From Scyliorhinus canicula (Eukaryota): 64,000 bases of DNA. Shown here piece by piece: positions 34,690 through 47,500 of this stretch. How positions within the stretch are numbered: the first letter of the stretch is position 1; each line of letters begins with the position of its first letter. The position numbers and the translations under genes were made by a program. The notes beneath the pieces are model-generated. The model ran no database searches, had not been told where the DNA came from, and worked only from the letters and a program-made list of their open reading frames with translations. The DNA lies in assembly GCF_902713615.1 (NCBI RefSeq), contig NW_024055491.1, positions 186,001-250,000 of the forward strand. The letters run 5' to 3'.

Positions 34690-37260
34690 CAGGATAGTGT
34701 TTAAGTTAATTTGCTTCTTGTTAATTTATTTTGTTGTTTGTTGGGTTCGGGAGGTGGGGGGGGGGGGGCGTTGTTACGGGTGCCGGGGGTGTTTATTATT
34801 GTTATTGTTCTGTTGATATATGTTTTTCAAAAAATTCCAATAAAAATTATTTTTTAAGAAAGAGAATCCCCAAGTCGCTTTCTGAGGGATCGGAGGTGTA
34901 TAGCCCTCAGTAAAAGTTTCCAAAGACCACTTTAATCTCGATTACGTCTGCTGCCAACCTGCAATTTCTGGTCCTAACTTGCGCTTTCTCTTTTGCGGCT
35001 CCTTGTTTTCTGAGCTGGTGCTCCAGCATGCGACTGGCCTTGTCTCTATGTGTGTGGCGGAGCTGGTGCAGTGACTTCCTTCTGGAGAGCAGCTCAAATT
35101 CCATCTGCAGCTTTTTACTGTCCACCAGCAGTTCCACGGTTATCCGCTGCCGATCAACACCCAGCATGGGGTCAATCAGCCGCTGCTTGGCTGCCATGTA
35201 TTTCCTGACCCGAAGGGCCCCATGAGTTATGATTTCGCCTGTGACCACCGCCTTCAGCGCCTACCAGAACGTGGAAGGTGAGACCTCCCCGTTCTGGTTA
35301 AAGGTTACATAACCGTCGATGGCTTGGGTACCGTTGTACAGAATTCCTTATCGGCGAAGGGAACTGCGTCCAGCCTCCATCGGGGGCTTTGGGCCCTGCC
35401 CACCTTTGCATCAGGACCCTTCTCGAGCCTCATGGACACGTCCTGTGGCGTGTGGTCGGAGATTACAATCGTGGAGTATTCCCACATTTTACCCCTGCGA
35501 CAAAGAAGTCTGCACATGAGTAGGCATTGTGCTCATGGGAGAAGATTGATTATTTTACTCTCGGGTGATTGTAACCCTGGGGGTCGCACCTCTCACCCAT
35601 CTGCTCCATTAATGGGTTCAATTCTGGTGCCATGCCTGGCACGGTCCTGTCCTGGGGTTGGATCTGTGCATTGTCCGGTCCTGTACACAGTTAAAGTCCG
35701 CCTGTGTGATAAGTCACTGGGTGTCTAGGTTCGGGATTTCGCTCATAGCTTTCTTGACGAAATCTGCATCGTCCCAGTTCTGGGCACATATGATTACCAA
35801 GACAACCAGAGTCCCTTCCATGGTCACGCTCCCCATTACCTTTCACCCCAACCCCCCTCTACCATCGGGTCCCTCACGGTGCTCATCACCATAAATTAAA
35901 TTGTTCTGTTGATTAGTATGCACCCCCTCAACCCTTGTCCGAATGCCGAAACATGAGTGAAACGTCTGTCCCACCCAGCCCGTCCTTACCCACAGTCTTA
36001 AGTGTTTCTCTTGCAGGAAGGCTACGTCCACCCTCAGACTCTTGAAATCGGCGAGGACACTGTACCTCTTCACCGGCCCCTCGAGGGCCCTCACATTCCA
36101 TGTTACTATCCAGATTGGTGGATGGCCTGGGCCTGCCAACACATCCTGTGGGGTCAACCATACTCACCCTGTGGGCCTGGCCCTGTTCGTCCCGGCCTGC
36201 GCTTGCTCACGGGCCATTCAAGATGACCGCCCACGACTTCCTTATTTGCGCCATCTCCACATGTTGTCAGCTGCAACCAGCGACCTCCCCTCCCCACTCT
36301 AACCCCCTACCCGCTCTGTTTCACCCACTGTACGGCCTACCCTTCTGTTATCCGCTCCTAGTCCCCCTCCCGTTTGGCTTTACCCCCTCCTCGACCACCC
36401 CCCTTTTGTTCGTTGATTCCCCCGAAGTTCTGTTTTTCATACCAAGAGCTCCCTCCCTCTCGGGCGGCGCCCCGAGGCCTCCTCCTTCCCTGTACCTCGG
36501 TACTTCAGCTTGCTCGCCAGTGTAGCGGCTCTCCTAAGAGTTGGGTTCCTCTATTTAATCTCCGTCTGCCTCTCTCCCCTCCCCCTCTCTCCCCGCCTCT
36601 GCCTGTGTTCGCCCTGCCTCTCTCGATGTCTTTCCACCCGCGTTCTGGCCATTGACCTCTATCGTTGGTTGTCCAGTCCATTTTTCTGGACTGGCTTCCT
36701 CCGGGGTGTCAATGTAGTGTTCTTTACCCTGGAATGTCACCCACAACTTGCAGGATGGGGGACACCAAGCTGCACCCCACCTTCGAACAGGGTGGCTTTA
36801 CGCCGTTCCATTCTGCCCAAGTGAGCAGCAATGTCCTGGTGCAGGCGAATGGAATGTCCGTCCCACTTGCCCCCTCTCGCACTCTTCACCCACCTCAGGA
36901 TCCGCGCCTAGTCCTGGTACCTGTGGAGCCTCACGATTATCGCCCACAGTGGTTTCGCAGCCATGGAAAAAAGCGACATGTGGGTGCGGTCTACCCCCGG
37001 GGGCTTGGCGAAGTCCTCCTCGCCGATCAGTTTCCCGAGCATCGAGGCTGCAGATTTTGTGCAGTTTCTCCCCTCCATTCCCTGCGGCAGACCCGCGATT
37101 CTCAGGTTTTGCCGACGCGATCGGTTCTCCCAGTCGGCGACTTTATCCTTCAACTTGAAAGATTGTACAGCTTGTGGTCTCACGTAGCGGGCCTGTGCAT
37201 TCCAGCTATATCACCAGGGACGGTGAAGATCAGTAGCATGGAGAAGAAGATGTCGAATAG
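34690..37260 (-). mobile_element. Degenerate L1/Tx1-clade LINE (ORF1 and ORF2 endonuclease fragments), abutting a plus-strand L1-like 3' end at 34690-34861
   Basis: 36908-37183(-) ENRSRRQNLRIAGLP..G.E..IIVRLHRYQD is L1 ORF1-like. 35843-36157(-) IVTWNVRAL..DVAFLQE is APE-like. Confidence 0.8.
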
Positions 37261-40200
37261 AGTTTAATCTCGAACACGGTCCTGTTCACTCAATTCTTCA
37301 CTTACAATCTGTCAGAAGTAGAATCATCAATCTGTACAGTGCAGCACATGTTGTCACGGAAGGCGTGAATGGCCTGGGGAACTTTGATGGGCAGCCAATT
37401 TTTCCCCAAAATCTTGTAGTCCTGGCTCTGTTTACAGCATCGAATGTATTAGTGAGATTTATCAAAGTAAGGTGGAGAGGTATACATGTGTCAGAGGAGG
37501 CAGATCATGTCCAGGGTAATTCTTCCGACAGAAACACCACATCTTGCTTTTGGTTACATTCGGTCTGAAAGAAGATGAAGTATTCAAAGTGTGAACCTAG
37601 CAATGGCCTTCCCAGTGATGCTATCAGTGATGCTATGAGTGAGATATGTCTGCAGGTGTTTACAGATAGTGGTGATGTCTTTGCATCATGTGTCTCCTGT
37701 GGAATGGATCATACTTTCTGGCAGAGAAGGAGCAGGCCACAAATGTTCAGAAATATTGTAATCACATACACCAATTCTCATCCATTCACGAATATAAATA
37801 ATTATATTCACCAATTCGCATCCATTGATACAGTTTGACACAGATTTAAATTGTGTTAAACGATGTGGGCGTCTCAGGCGAGGTTGTAATTTATTGTGTA
37901 TCACAATTGCCCCTGAGAACGTGGTGGTGTGCTGCCTGTGTGAAACTCTCCAGACCCTCTGGTTTAGAGGTGCTGACAGTACTATTAGGGAGTGGTTTCT
38001 ATACATTTGAACCAGTGAAATTAAAGAAATTACGATACGCCTCCAAGTCGGGATAGTGAGCGATTTTAGGGTCCGGGAGTTTTCCAGGTGCCGATTCCCA
38101 TCTGTCAGCTGGCTTTTTCTTCGACAATATAATGGTCCTGTGTGTAGAAGGTGTTTCAAAAGGAGCCTTGTTACGTTCCTGGAGTGCATCTTGCGGTTAA
38201 TGCAGTGTAGCCATTGTTCGTTGGTGATGGGTGGATTGAATATTTGCACGTGGGGTGACGATCAAGCGGGGCTGCTTTGGCCTGGATGATGTTAAGCTTC
38301 TCGGAATTGTTCAAGCTGCACCCAGCCAATCAAGTAGAGGTTATTCAGTTGCACTCCTGACTTGCAATTCGTGCACAAGGAAAGCAGAGGGGAGTTATTC
38401 ACCGCACGTTTCCGAGTCCCGACCGGCTCTTGTAGCCTGAGCATTTAGATGGCCAGAGCAGTTCATTTTCTGGTCAATGTTAACGACAGCGTTTGGATAG
38501 TGAGGGATTCAGCAATGGCAATATCACTAAATGTCATGGGGCAATGGTTACATTCCATTTTGCTGGAGATGGGCATTGCCTGGCCCTTCTGTGGCGTGAA
38601 TATTATCAATTGAAACAATTCACGAAGTTAAATAATTATATTCAATTATCATCAACCAACAAAAATTTAAAAATATATTCACCAATTATCGTCGACAAAC
38701 ATAAACTGTTGTATTCACCAATTATTTTCAGCATTTTATTTCATGCAAAATGTAATTGCAATTAATTTAATATAATTTATTGAGATTGAACTTTATTAAG
38801 ATAGCATTGACCATTCTGCCAGTAAGGAATCACATCTGTCCCATAATTCAGTGTGAATAGAATTAAACCAGAGCAAGGATAATGAGCAGCCACCCAGCAG
38901 TCTCTGAGCGATATTGACAAGTAATTGCATCATCGTCACACAGAAACATCAGATCTGTAACTGGATTTTGCGCTGATTTTTAAAGTTAGCTATACCTAAT
39001 GTAAATGTAATATCTTTAATGGGCTATAAGTTACACTGTTTGGGAAGTAATTCAACATTTGCAGATGGCCTCTGAGTTTCACAATATTTCTGTTTTCATG
39101 TTAATATGTTTTAGCATGGACTTAAGTGGGTCGGTACACACACGATGGGCCGAATCGCCTCCTTCTGCACTGTATGTTCTATGTTCATATTATGAGACGT
39201 GAGAGGGATCCTCCAGCCGGCTATTGTTGCTAAGACGGGTCAGAGAAGCTGGATACCTCTCCTTTCCTTTGTGATGGGAGCAGTTCAAATAGGCTCTAAA
39301 ACCTAAAATTATCTCCAGTATTATTGCTGGGTAGATTTGTTTATAAATAGTCCTCATTGACAAGTTGACTTGCAGCCAAGCGGTCAGTACTGAGAAAACA
39401 GATCTTTGAAAGAAAATCCAGATGTTTCCTGTAAACAACATTGAACATTCGAGCCTCCCTGACTGCAGGCGGCTGGATTGCTGCCAAATACTGTGTGGGG
39501 CAGATTAGCCTGAATATGAATGGACACAATGGCATTAAGCAATTCGAACATTAAATGTTTCAATCGCACGTGAAGTAAACGTTTTAAATTGTGTTGCATC
39601 GAAATACATATTTTCAGTTAATGTTCTGTTCACTCTGAGATTAAACATGATCGGAAAATAGTGAACTGATCAGATGCTATTCCATTTATATTAGTTCTGA
39701 GTAAAGGTCACTCTAGTTATTGAAGTCCGTTTGTTAAGAACCTAATGAAGTGAAAGTGAGTGGTATTGATGGACCCAATCCACAAGCCTAATCATTTGAT
39801 TGTAATTACAAAGAAACTTAATTAAATAAAAAGAAAATCATGAATCTGCCTTGAACCCGCCGGAATTCCTGGAATATTCTCCGAGTCATTTAAGCGGACG
39901 CATCTCTTATACCTGATGAACTCCCCGCTCTGTACAGTTTAATTTGGCGGCACGGTAATACAAGTGATTAGCCCTGTGGCTTCACAGGGTCCCAGGTTCG
40001 ATTCCCTGTTGGGTCACTGTGCAGAGTCTGCACGTGTCTGCATCGGTTTCTTCCCACAGTCCAAAGACGTGCAGGTTAGGTGGTTTTGCCTGCTAAATTC
40101 CCCCTAGTCAACAAAAAGCTTCGGGAGGGATTTTTGGGTTGCGGGGATAGGGTGCAAGTGATGGCTTAAATGGGTCGGTGCGGACTCGATGGGCCGAATG

Positions 40201-41528
40201 GCCTCCTTCTGCAATCTACGTTCTAATTTGTGCTGATTTCCTTTATTTGACAGTCCCGCTCAGAGAAATGACCAGTTTATGACCTGGTTCCTGCTTCAGT
40301 GGAGAATAAAACATTTATTCCTGTGATATTGTGTAATATGCCGCAAAGTCCTGATATCCTGTGTTCCCAACACCAGTGAATGTTAGATAGCCGGTGGTCA
40401 GTAAAATTAGCTGCAATGATTTGGATGCTGAAGGATAACTTTGCTGGTCGCCGTGTCCTTTCTGATTCATTAACTTCTCTGTCAAAAGGTTTTAAATTTA
40501 TTATTGAGTTGAAATTTATTTTTCAACTTAAGGGGCACTTTAGTGCGGCCAATCCACCGACGCTGCACATCTTAAGGTTGTGAGGGTGAGACACACAGGA
40601 GAATGTGCAAACTACTGACGGACGGTTACCCGGGACGGGAGTCAATCCCGGGTCCTCATCGCCGTGAGGCAGCTGGGCAAACCACTGCCGTCCTTTCTCT
40701 GTCAAAACTTCATGTGAATTTTATGTTTCTCTGTCAATTTACTGCTTCATTATCAGGCAAGCGGCTTCTTTTACTGCGAATTTTCACAGTGTCCTAGGCT
40801 CAGGGGGAGTTTGAGAAGTTCCAGGAGTGATATTGCATAATGTGACATTTTTTCGTTTCTACAGACCCACATTGTACACGGATAGCCACCTACACTGCAA
40901 GAGAATCACTTTGTTCATCTCCCGCATTTGGTTACAGAAATCGAAAAAAAAAATTCCACTGATGAATTATACTCTATTGCTGTCACGGATTAAAAACTCG
41001 CCGTGTTTCAAATCAGACGAACAGTCGACTTATTCACTGTTAATACAGTTGAATTTATTTCTGTTCATCCAATTATGTTGAATAGTAGAAAAAAAGGGAC
41101 TTAACTTACAATGGAATTCGTTTTTTCACAGTAAAAGATAAATTCATTGCAGTGTTAATGTAAGCCTACTTGTGACAAAAAAGATTATTCTATTATATTA
41201 ACAGATGCTCAAATGTAATTTCACCATTAGAACCAATGCAGACATTCCAAATTATCCATTCAGACAAATAAATGCCTCAATACAGATAAATGCTAACTTT
41301 TAACAATAATCTGTAAAAAATCTCTGAGTCCATTCTGTTGGGGGTGTGGAAGGTGGGACGTGGATCCAGTCGCCGCCTCCACCAGGGAATCAACAGGCGG
41401 CGCCTGGAAAGCCGCCCCCTTCTGCCGGGTATTTAAATGCCGCTCACTGGGACCCGAATCCAACAGTCCGGGAGCTGGTTTGTTCACTGAGTTCCTGACA
41501 CAACCATTTCCCCCAAATTACCAGAAGG

Positions 41529-44500
41529 ATGAGGTGGGCCATTTCTCTCAGTTTGTTGCTGACTTTCTTATCCCGTGAGTAGTTTTTATTGTCCAAGTCT
41601 CTCACTGTTACTGTCTCAGTGTTAGTCTCTATGGAATGTTCCAGAGTCACCAATCATTTCACCAGCATTAATCCTCGGGCTTTTTGATATATTTTTACAG
41701 GTGTCCAGTCGGATGTTGTGTTGACTCAGCCAGAGGCAGAGACCGGGCGTCCCGGAGGCTCCCTGACACTGACCTGTAAAACCAGCGGCTTCAGCCTTGG
41801 CAGCGACACCATGCATTGGATCCGACAGGTTCCCGGACAGGGGCTGGAGTGGCTGCTTTGGTACGACACTTCTTCCAGCAATGGCTACGCCGCAGGAATT
41901 CAAGATCGATTCACTGCTTCCACAGACACTTCGAACAATATCTTATCTTTGGCCATGACGAACCTGAAGGCCGAAGATACCGCCATCTATTATTGTACAG
42001 TGGACATAGTGGGTGGGATGGACTACTGGGGACAGGGGACCATGGTGACGGTGCCTGCAGGTAAGCACCAGTCAATTATTTCCAACTGTTTTATTTCAGT
42101 CGTAGTTTTATACTTTTTTGTATGTTCACAATTTATTCAGGGCAACACGGTTGCGCAGTTGTTAGCTGATATCTCAGGGCGCAGAGGTCCGAGATTGAAA
42201 CCCGGCCCCAGGTCACTGTCTGTGTGGAGTTTACACATTCTCTTTTTTAAAAGTAAATTTAGAGTACCCAATTCATTTTTTCCAATTAAGGGGCAATTTA
42301 GCGTGGCCAATCCACCCAGTGTGCATATGGTTGTGTTGTGGGGACGAAACCCACGCAAGAGTTTACACATTCTCGCCGTGTCTGCGTGGGTCTCAGCCCC
42401 ACAACCAAACGATGTGCAGGCTAAATGGATTGGCCATAGTAAAATGCTGCTTGTTTGGAAAAACAATTGGGTACAATTGGGTTAAATTTGGGTCTAAATT
42501 TAAAAAAACAATTAATTCGTTCACTGAATCGTGGTTTTGGTGATTCTGTATTGGGATTTTGTCGCAATGTTTCATGCGATTCTGATGAAAAAGGTTATAG
42601 AATTACTCTGCCTCTTGACAAAAGTCGCTGCTCAGGGATTCAGTCCATGGTTGTTGTGATTTAAAAAGAAATGTTTTAGAGTATCCAATTCATTTATTTC
42701 CAATTAAGGGGCAATTCAGTATGACCAATCCACCTATGTGCACATCTTTGGGTTCTGGGGGTGAAACCCACGCAAACATGGGGAGAATGTGCAAGCTCCA
42801 CGCGGACGATCACCCAGAGCCGGGATCGAACCTAGGACCTCGGCACTGTGAGGCAACAGGGCTGACCACTGCGCCACCGTGCTGCCCCCGGTTGCTGTGA
42901 TTTAGTGTTTATTTGCTGAGGATACTGTGTGGCCGGGTTATTTTAAATACCCAACGCAGCGTTTCTGCAATGTTTAATCTCGGTGACATCTGGTGGCTGC
43001 AAGTTTTACCACCTCCTGCATAAGTGTTAGAAATCGAACCCGACAAAATATGCTGAGGTTTATGTGTTACTTTATTGAACATGTTCTGCGTATTCACAAT
43101 GTTGATGATATTCTTCTAAATTTCTGTTTAATTATTCATTCATTTGATGACAGGTGGATTTGGTGGCTTCTGGATTGATAATTTCTTAAAACGTTATGTT
43201 TGATTTTGTTGGAAGTGTTTTGAATTGAGCTGCTTCTCCATGAAACGAGTCCCAGGCCTTTGGTGATGTGATTTGGTGGTTTTCTGACGAATAGATTGTA
43301 TCTGGGTGACTTTGAATAAATAAGATGTTTGAAACGGTTTGCCGTTTCTGCATTGTTTCTGCATTGTTCAAACTCGGTGACATTGAGCGGTTCCATGTTT
43401 TTTAATGGAATGTTTGAAGTTGCTTGACGCATGATTGTCGGCAGAAAACAAGCAGGATTTTAGAGCAGTTTGGACATTAAACTAAGGCAGGGTTCAAGGC
43501 GTTCTTTCTGAACATAAATTATTACTGAAATCGCAGCCTGTGGCTTCTGCAATGTTTCGTCTCGGTGAGATTGATGGTTACAGCTACTGCAAATATTAAG
43601 CGTTTAAATATGTTTAAAATATGGTCCAATATGAATAAAACGCGGTAAACTTTCAATATTTGTTTTGGACACATCGCAGCTCCTCACAATTATATTGCTG
43701 TTATTACAGATTTCTATTTAGTTTGAAAATTGATACATTTGGTGGCGAGCTGGATTCGATGTTGAGATGTTTTTGAAATGTAAAGTTTTATTCTGTTCAA
43801 TGTAGAATTGATCTGCTTCTCCATGAAACGGGGTTCAACTCCTCGGTGATGAGTTTGATGTTTAACTGCTGATGATAATGTGTGTCTGGGTGACTTTGAT
43901 TAAGTACAATTTGTGAAGAGGTTTGGAGTTTCTGCATTGTTTATGCTCGGTGATATTAAGCGGTTACATGACTTGTGGTTAAATGCCAATGGTCTACGTG
44001 TTTAAATCTGCTTGAAACACAATTGCAGGTAGAAAACAAGCAGGCATTGGAAATTCAGAACGGAATAAAGGTATATTAGTGTTTTTTTAACTGATGATTA
44101 CACGGTAGCATTGTGGATAGCACAATCGCTTCACAGCTCCAAGGTCTCAGATTCGATTCCGGTTTGGGTCACTGACTGTGCGGAGTCTGCACATCCTCCC
44201 CGTGTGTGCGTGGGTTTCAACCGGGTGCTCCGGTTTCCTCCCACAGTCCAAAGATGTGCAGGTTACGTGGATTAGAGCAAAGAACAAAGAAAATTACAGC
44301 ACCGGAACAGACCCTTCGGCCCTCCCAGCCTGCGCCGATCCAGATCCTTTATCTAAACCTGTCTCCTATTTTCCAAGGTCTACTTCCCTCTGTCCCCGCC
44401 CATTCATATACCTGCCCAGATGCATCTTAAATGATGCTATCGTGCCCACCGCTACCACCTCCGCTGGCAAAGCGTTCCAGGCACCCACCACCCTCTGCGT

Positions 44501-47500
44501 AAAAAACTTTCCACGCACATCTCCCTTAAACTTTCCCCCTCTCACCTTGAAACCGTGACCCCTTGTAACTGACACCCCCACTCTTGGGAAAAGCTTGTTG
44601 CTATCCACCCTGTCCATACCTCTCATAATTTTGTAGACCTCAATCAGGTCCCCCCTCAACCTCCATCTTTCCAACGAAAACAATCCTAATCTACTCAACC
44701 TTTCTTCATAGCTCGCACCCTCCATACCAGGCAACATCCTGTTGAACCTCCTCTGCACCCTCTCCAAAGCATCCACATCCTTCTGGTAATGTGGCGACCA
44801 GAACTGCAGACAGTATTCCAAATGTGGCCGAACCAAAGTCCTATACAACTGTAACATGACCTGCCAACACTTCTACTCTATATCCCGTCCGATGAAGGCA
44901 AGCATGCTGTATGCCTTCTTGACCACTCTATCAACCTGCGTTGCCACCTTCAGGGTACAATGGACCTGAACTCCCAGATCTCTGGACATCAATTTTCCCC
45001 AAGACCCTTCCATTGACCATATAGTCCGCTCTTGAATTTGATCTTCCAAAATACATCACCTCGCATTTGCCTGGATTGAACTCCATCTGCCATTTCTCTG
45101 CCCAACTCTCCAATCTATCTATATTTTGTTGTATTCTCTGACAGTCCTCCTCGCTATCTGCAACTCCACCAATCTTAGTATCATCTGCAAAGTTGCTAAT
45201 CAGACCACCTATACCTTCCTCCAGCTCATTTATGTAGATCACAAACATCAGTGCTCCGAGCACGGATCCCTGTGGAACACCACTAGTCACCCTTCTCCAT
45301 TTTGAGACACTCCCTTCCACCACTACTCTCTGTCTCCTGTTGCCCAGCCAGTTCTTTATCCATCTAGCTAGTACCCTGAACCCCAGACGACTTCACTTTT
45401 TCCATCAACCTGCCATGGGAAACATTATAGAACATAGAACAGTACAGCACAGGCCCTTCGGCCCTCGATGTTGTGCCGAGCAATGATCACCCTACTCAAC
45501 CCACGTATCCACCCTATACCCATAACCCAACAACCTCCCCCGCCCCCCTAGCCTTACTTTTTTTTAGGACACTATGGGCAATTTAGCATGGCCAATCCAC
45601 CTAACCGGCACATCTTTGGACTGTGGGAGGAAACCGGAGCACCCGGAGGAAACCCACGCACACACGGGGAGGACGTGCAGACTCCACACAGACAGCGACC
45701 CAGCCGGGAACCGAACCTGGGACCCTGGAGCTGTGAAGCATTTATGCTAACCACCATGCTACCGTGCTGCCCAAATTATGGACAAGATAAATTGCCCTTA
45801 GTGTTGGGTGGGGTTTCTGGGTTATGGGGATAGGGTGGAGGTGTTAACCTTGGGTAGGGTGCTCTTTCCAGGAGCCGGTGCAGACTCGATGGGCCGAATG
45901 GCCTCCTTCTGCACTGTAAATTCTATGATGATTAAACCAAAAGATTGCGTCATTCAGAACATAACAATTTACTGCAAGCTCATACTACTTATTTAACAAT
46001 TGTTCAAATTGGAGAGTAGTTATTATAATGTGGTAATATAACCCCATATTATCCAAAGATGTTTTCATATTAATATAATTAATCAGCAATCGCCTTTCAC
46101 AATTCTACTGCACGCTGCACACTATTTGCATGACCGGAACATTTTCTTGCTTGAAAATATAATCTAATTGTGCCTGGAACTATTTTAACAATAACATACT
46201 GATTCTACACAGGTGTTCAGTTGCACAAGAGATTTTGGATTAATTTTTAGATCCCTGATTACGTTTGCAGTTTCTTAAATAGGAATTTTATATTGCAGTT
46301 TGGCAACTTATGTATCCGGTTATTATATTCTTTCTGTGCAGCCACAACAATATGATTCCATATTGTTCACTGTGATTCATGATTCCTTCAATGTCATTTG
46401 TAGATGGATAGTGAGATAATTGTCGCTAATCTAATCATAAACAGTTTTCTGTGATCTGGAAGTCGCTGACAGTGAAGACATTTTTCTAATGATTTTATTT
46501 AAATTGTAGGAATGTTCAGACTGCACAGGGCTGGAGATTGACAAGTAACAGCTTGAAATTCAAAGAGATTAATTTAATCAGAAAATGCCAATATGAGCTT
46601 TGCAATAATTAACAACAGCCAGTCTGGCATAACTGTACTGTACACAGTATAGAATTACAGTAAAAACAAATGACAGAATAAAGAAAAGATTATATCTGAT
46701 TCTCAAGCTTATTTATATTGAATATTAAATTAAACAACAAAATCTCTGCTCCATTTGCTTATTATGTTTCAGTTTTGGAGAGGATCTGAATGAACAATTT
46801 TAACTGTGTTTTACACAGATTAATTTTGGATCTCCTTTCATTGAGCAGCAGTTTTAATAATTCAGTTGTCGGGATTGTCAAAATTATTGTCAGAAATACA
46901 CACACACACATTATATATATATAGATAGATATACATATTTTATGTATCCGAGCTGAAAGTAAGATATATTTATGTATATATAAAGAGCGAGACGCTTATA
47001 GATTTATCGCGCGAATTAGACTCTGTGAATAGATGGAATTCAATGAGTTCAGAAATATTCATATTTCACATTTTTGCAGGTTCAAACAGGACGATTATTA
47101 CCAAAAAGTAAAATGTAAAATGTTATTAGATTTAATTTAAAATATCCAGGTCTGAATGTTTCCATCCGGTTATTTGAGGTTTATTGTTTAGCATTGCTTG
47201 ACATTTAATTAAACGCAATTTATAAGCAAAGTTCCAGGCAAGATCTTGCTTTGAATTATATAAATTTTTCATTTTTTTATTATAGAGTGCAAATCATCCA
47301 ACAAGGCTAACTGGCAATTAAAAACAACGTGCAATGCAATGACAGTTCGAACAAATCAAACATAAATGCTACAGTTCAGCTTTTAGAGAAATTTGTATTG
47401 TATCCAAAATGAATTTAGAAAGCAATACATTTCTTTGCTCAGGCCGATGATGTTTTTTGTCTCGATTATTTTGTGGTTACATTTACTTAAGAAATTAAGT

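Noticed and set aside
39910-39940. CTGATGA at about 39913 as another hammerhead ribozyme
   Set aside because: No stem II-GAAA arrangement follows it.
41985-42035. TACAGTG at 41996-42002 as a residual or cryptic RSS allowing upstream TCR Vs to replace the VH
   Set aside because: The first base is not C, there is no nonamer at 12 or 23 nt, and the usual FR3 cryptic heptamer TACTGTG is absent (TATTGTA).
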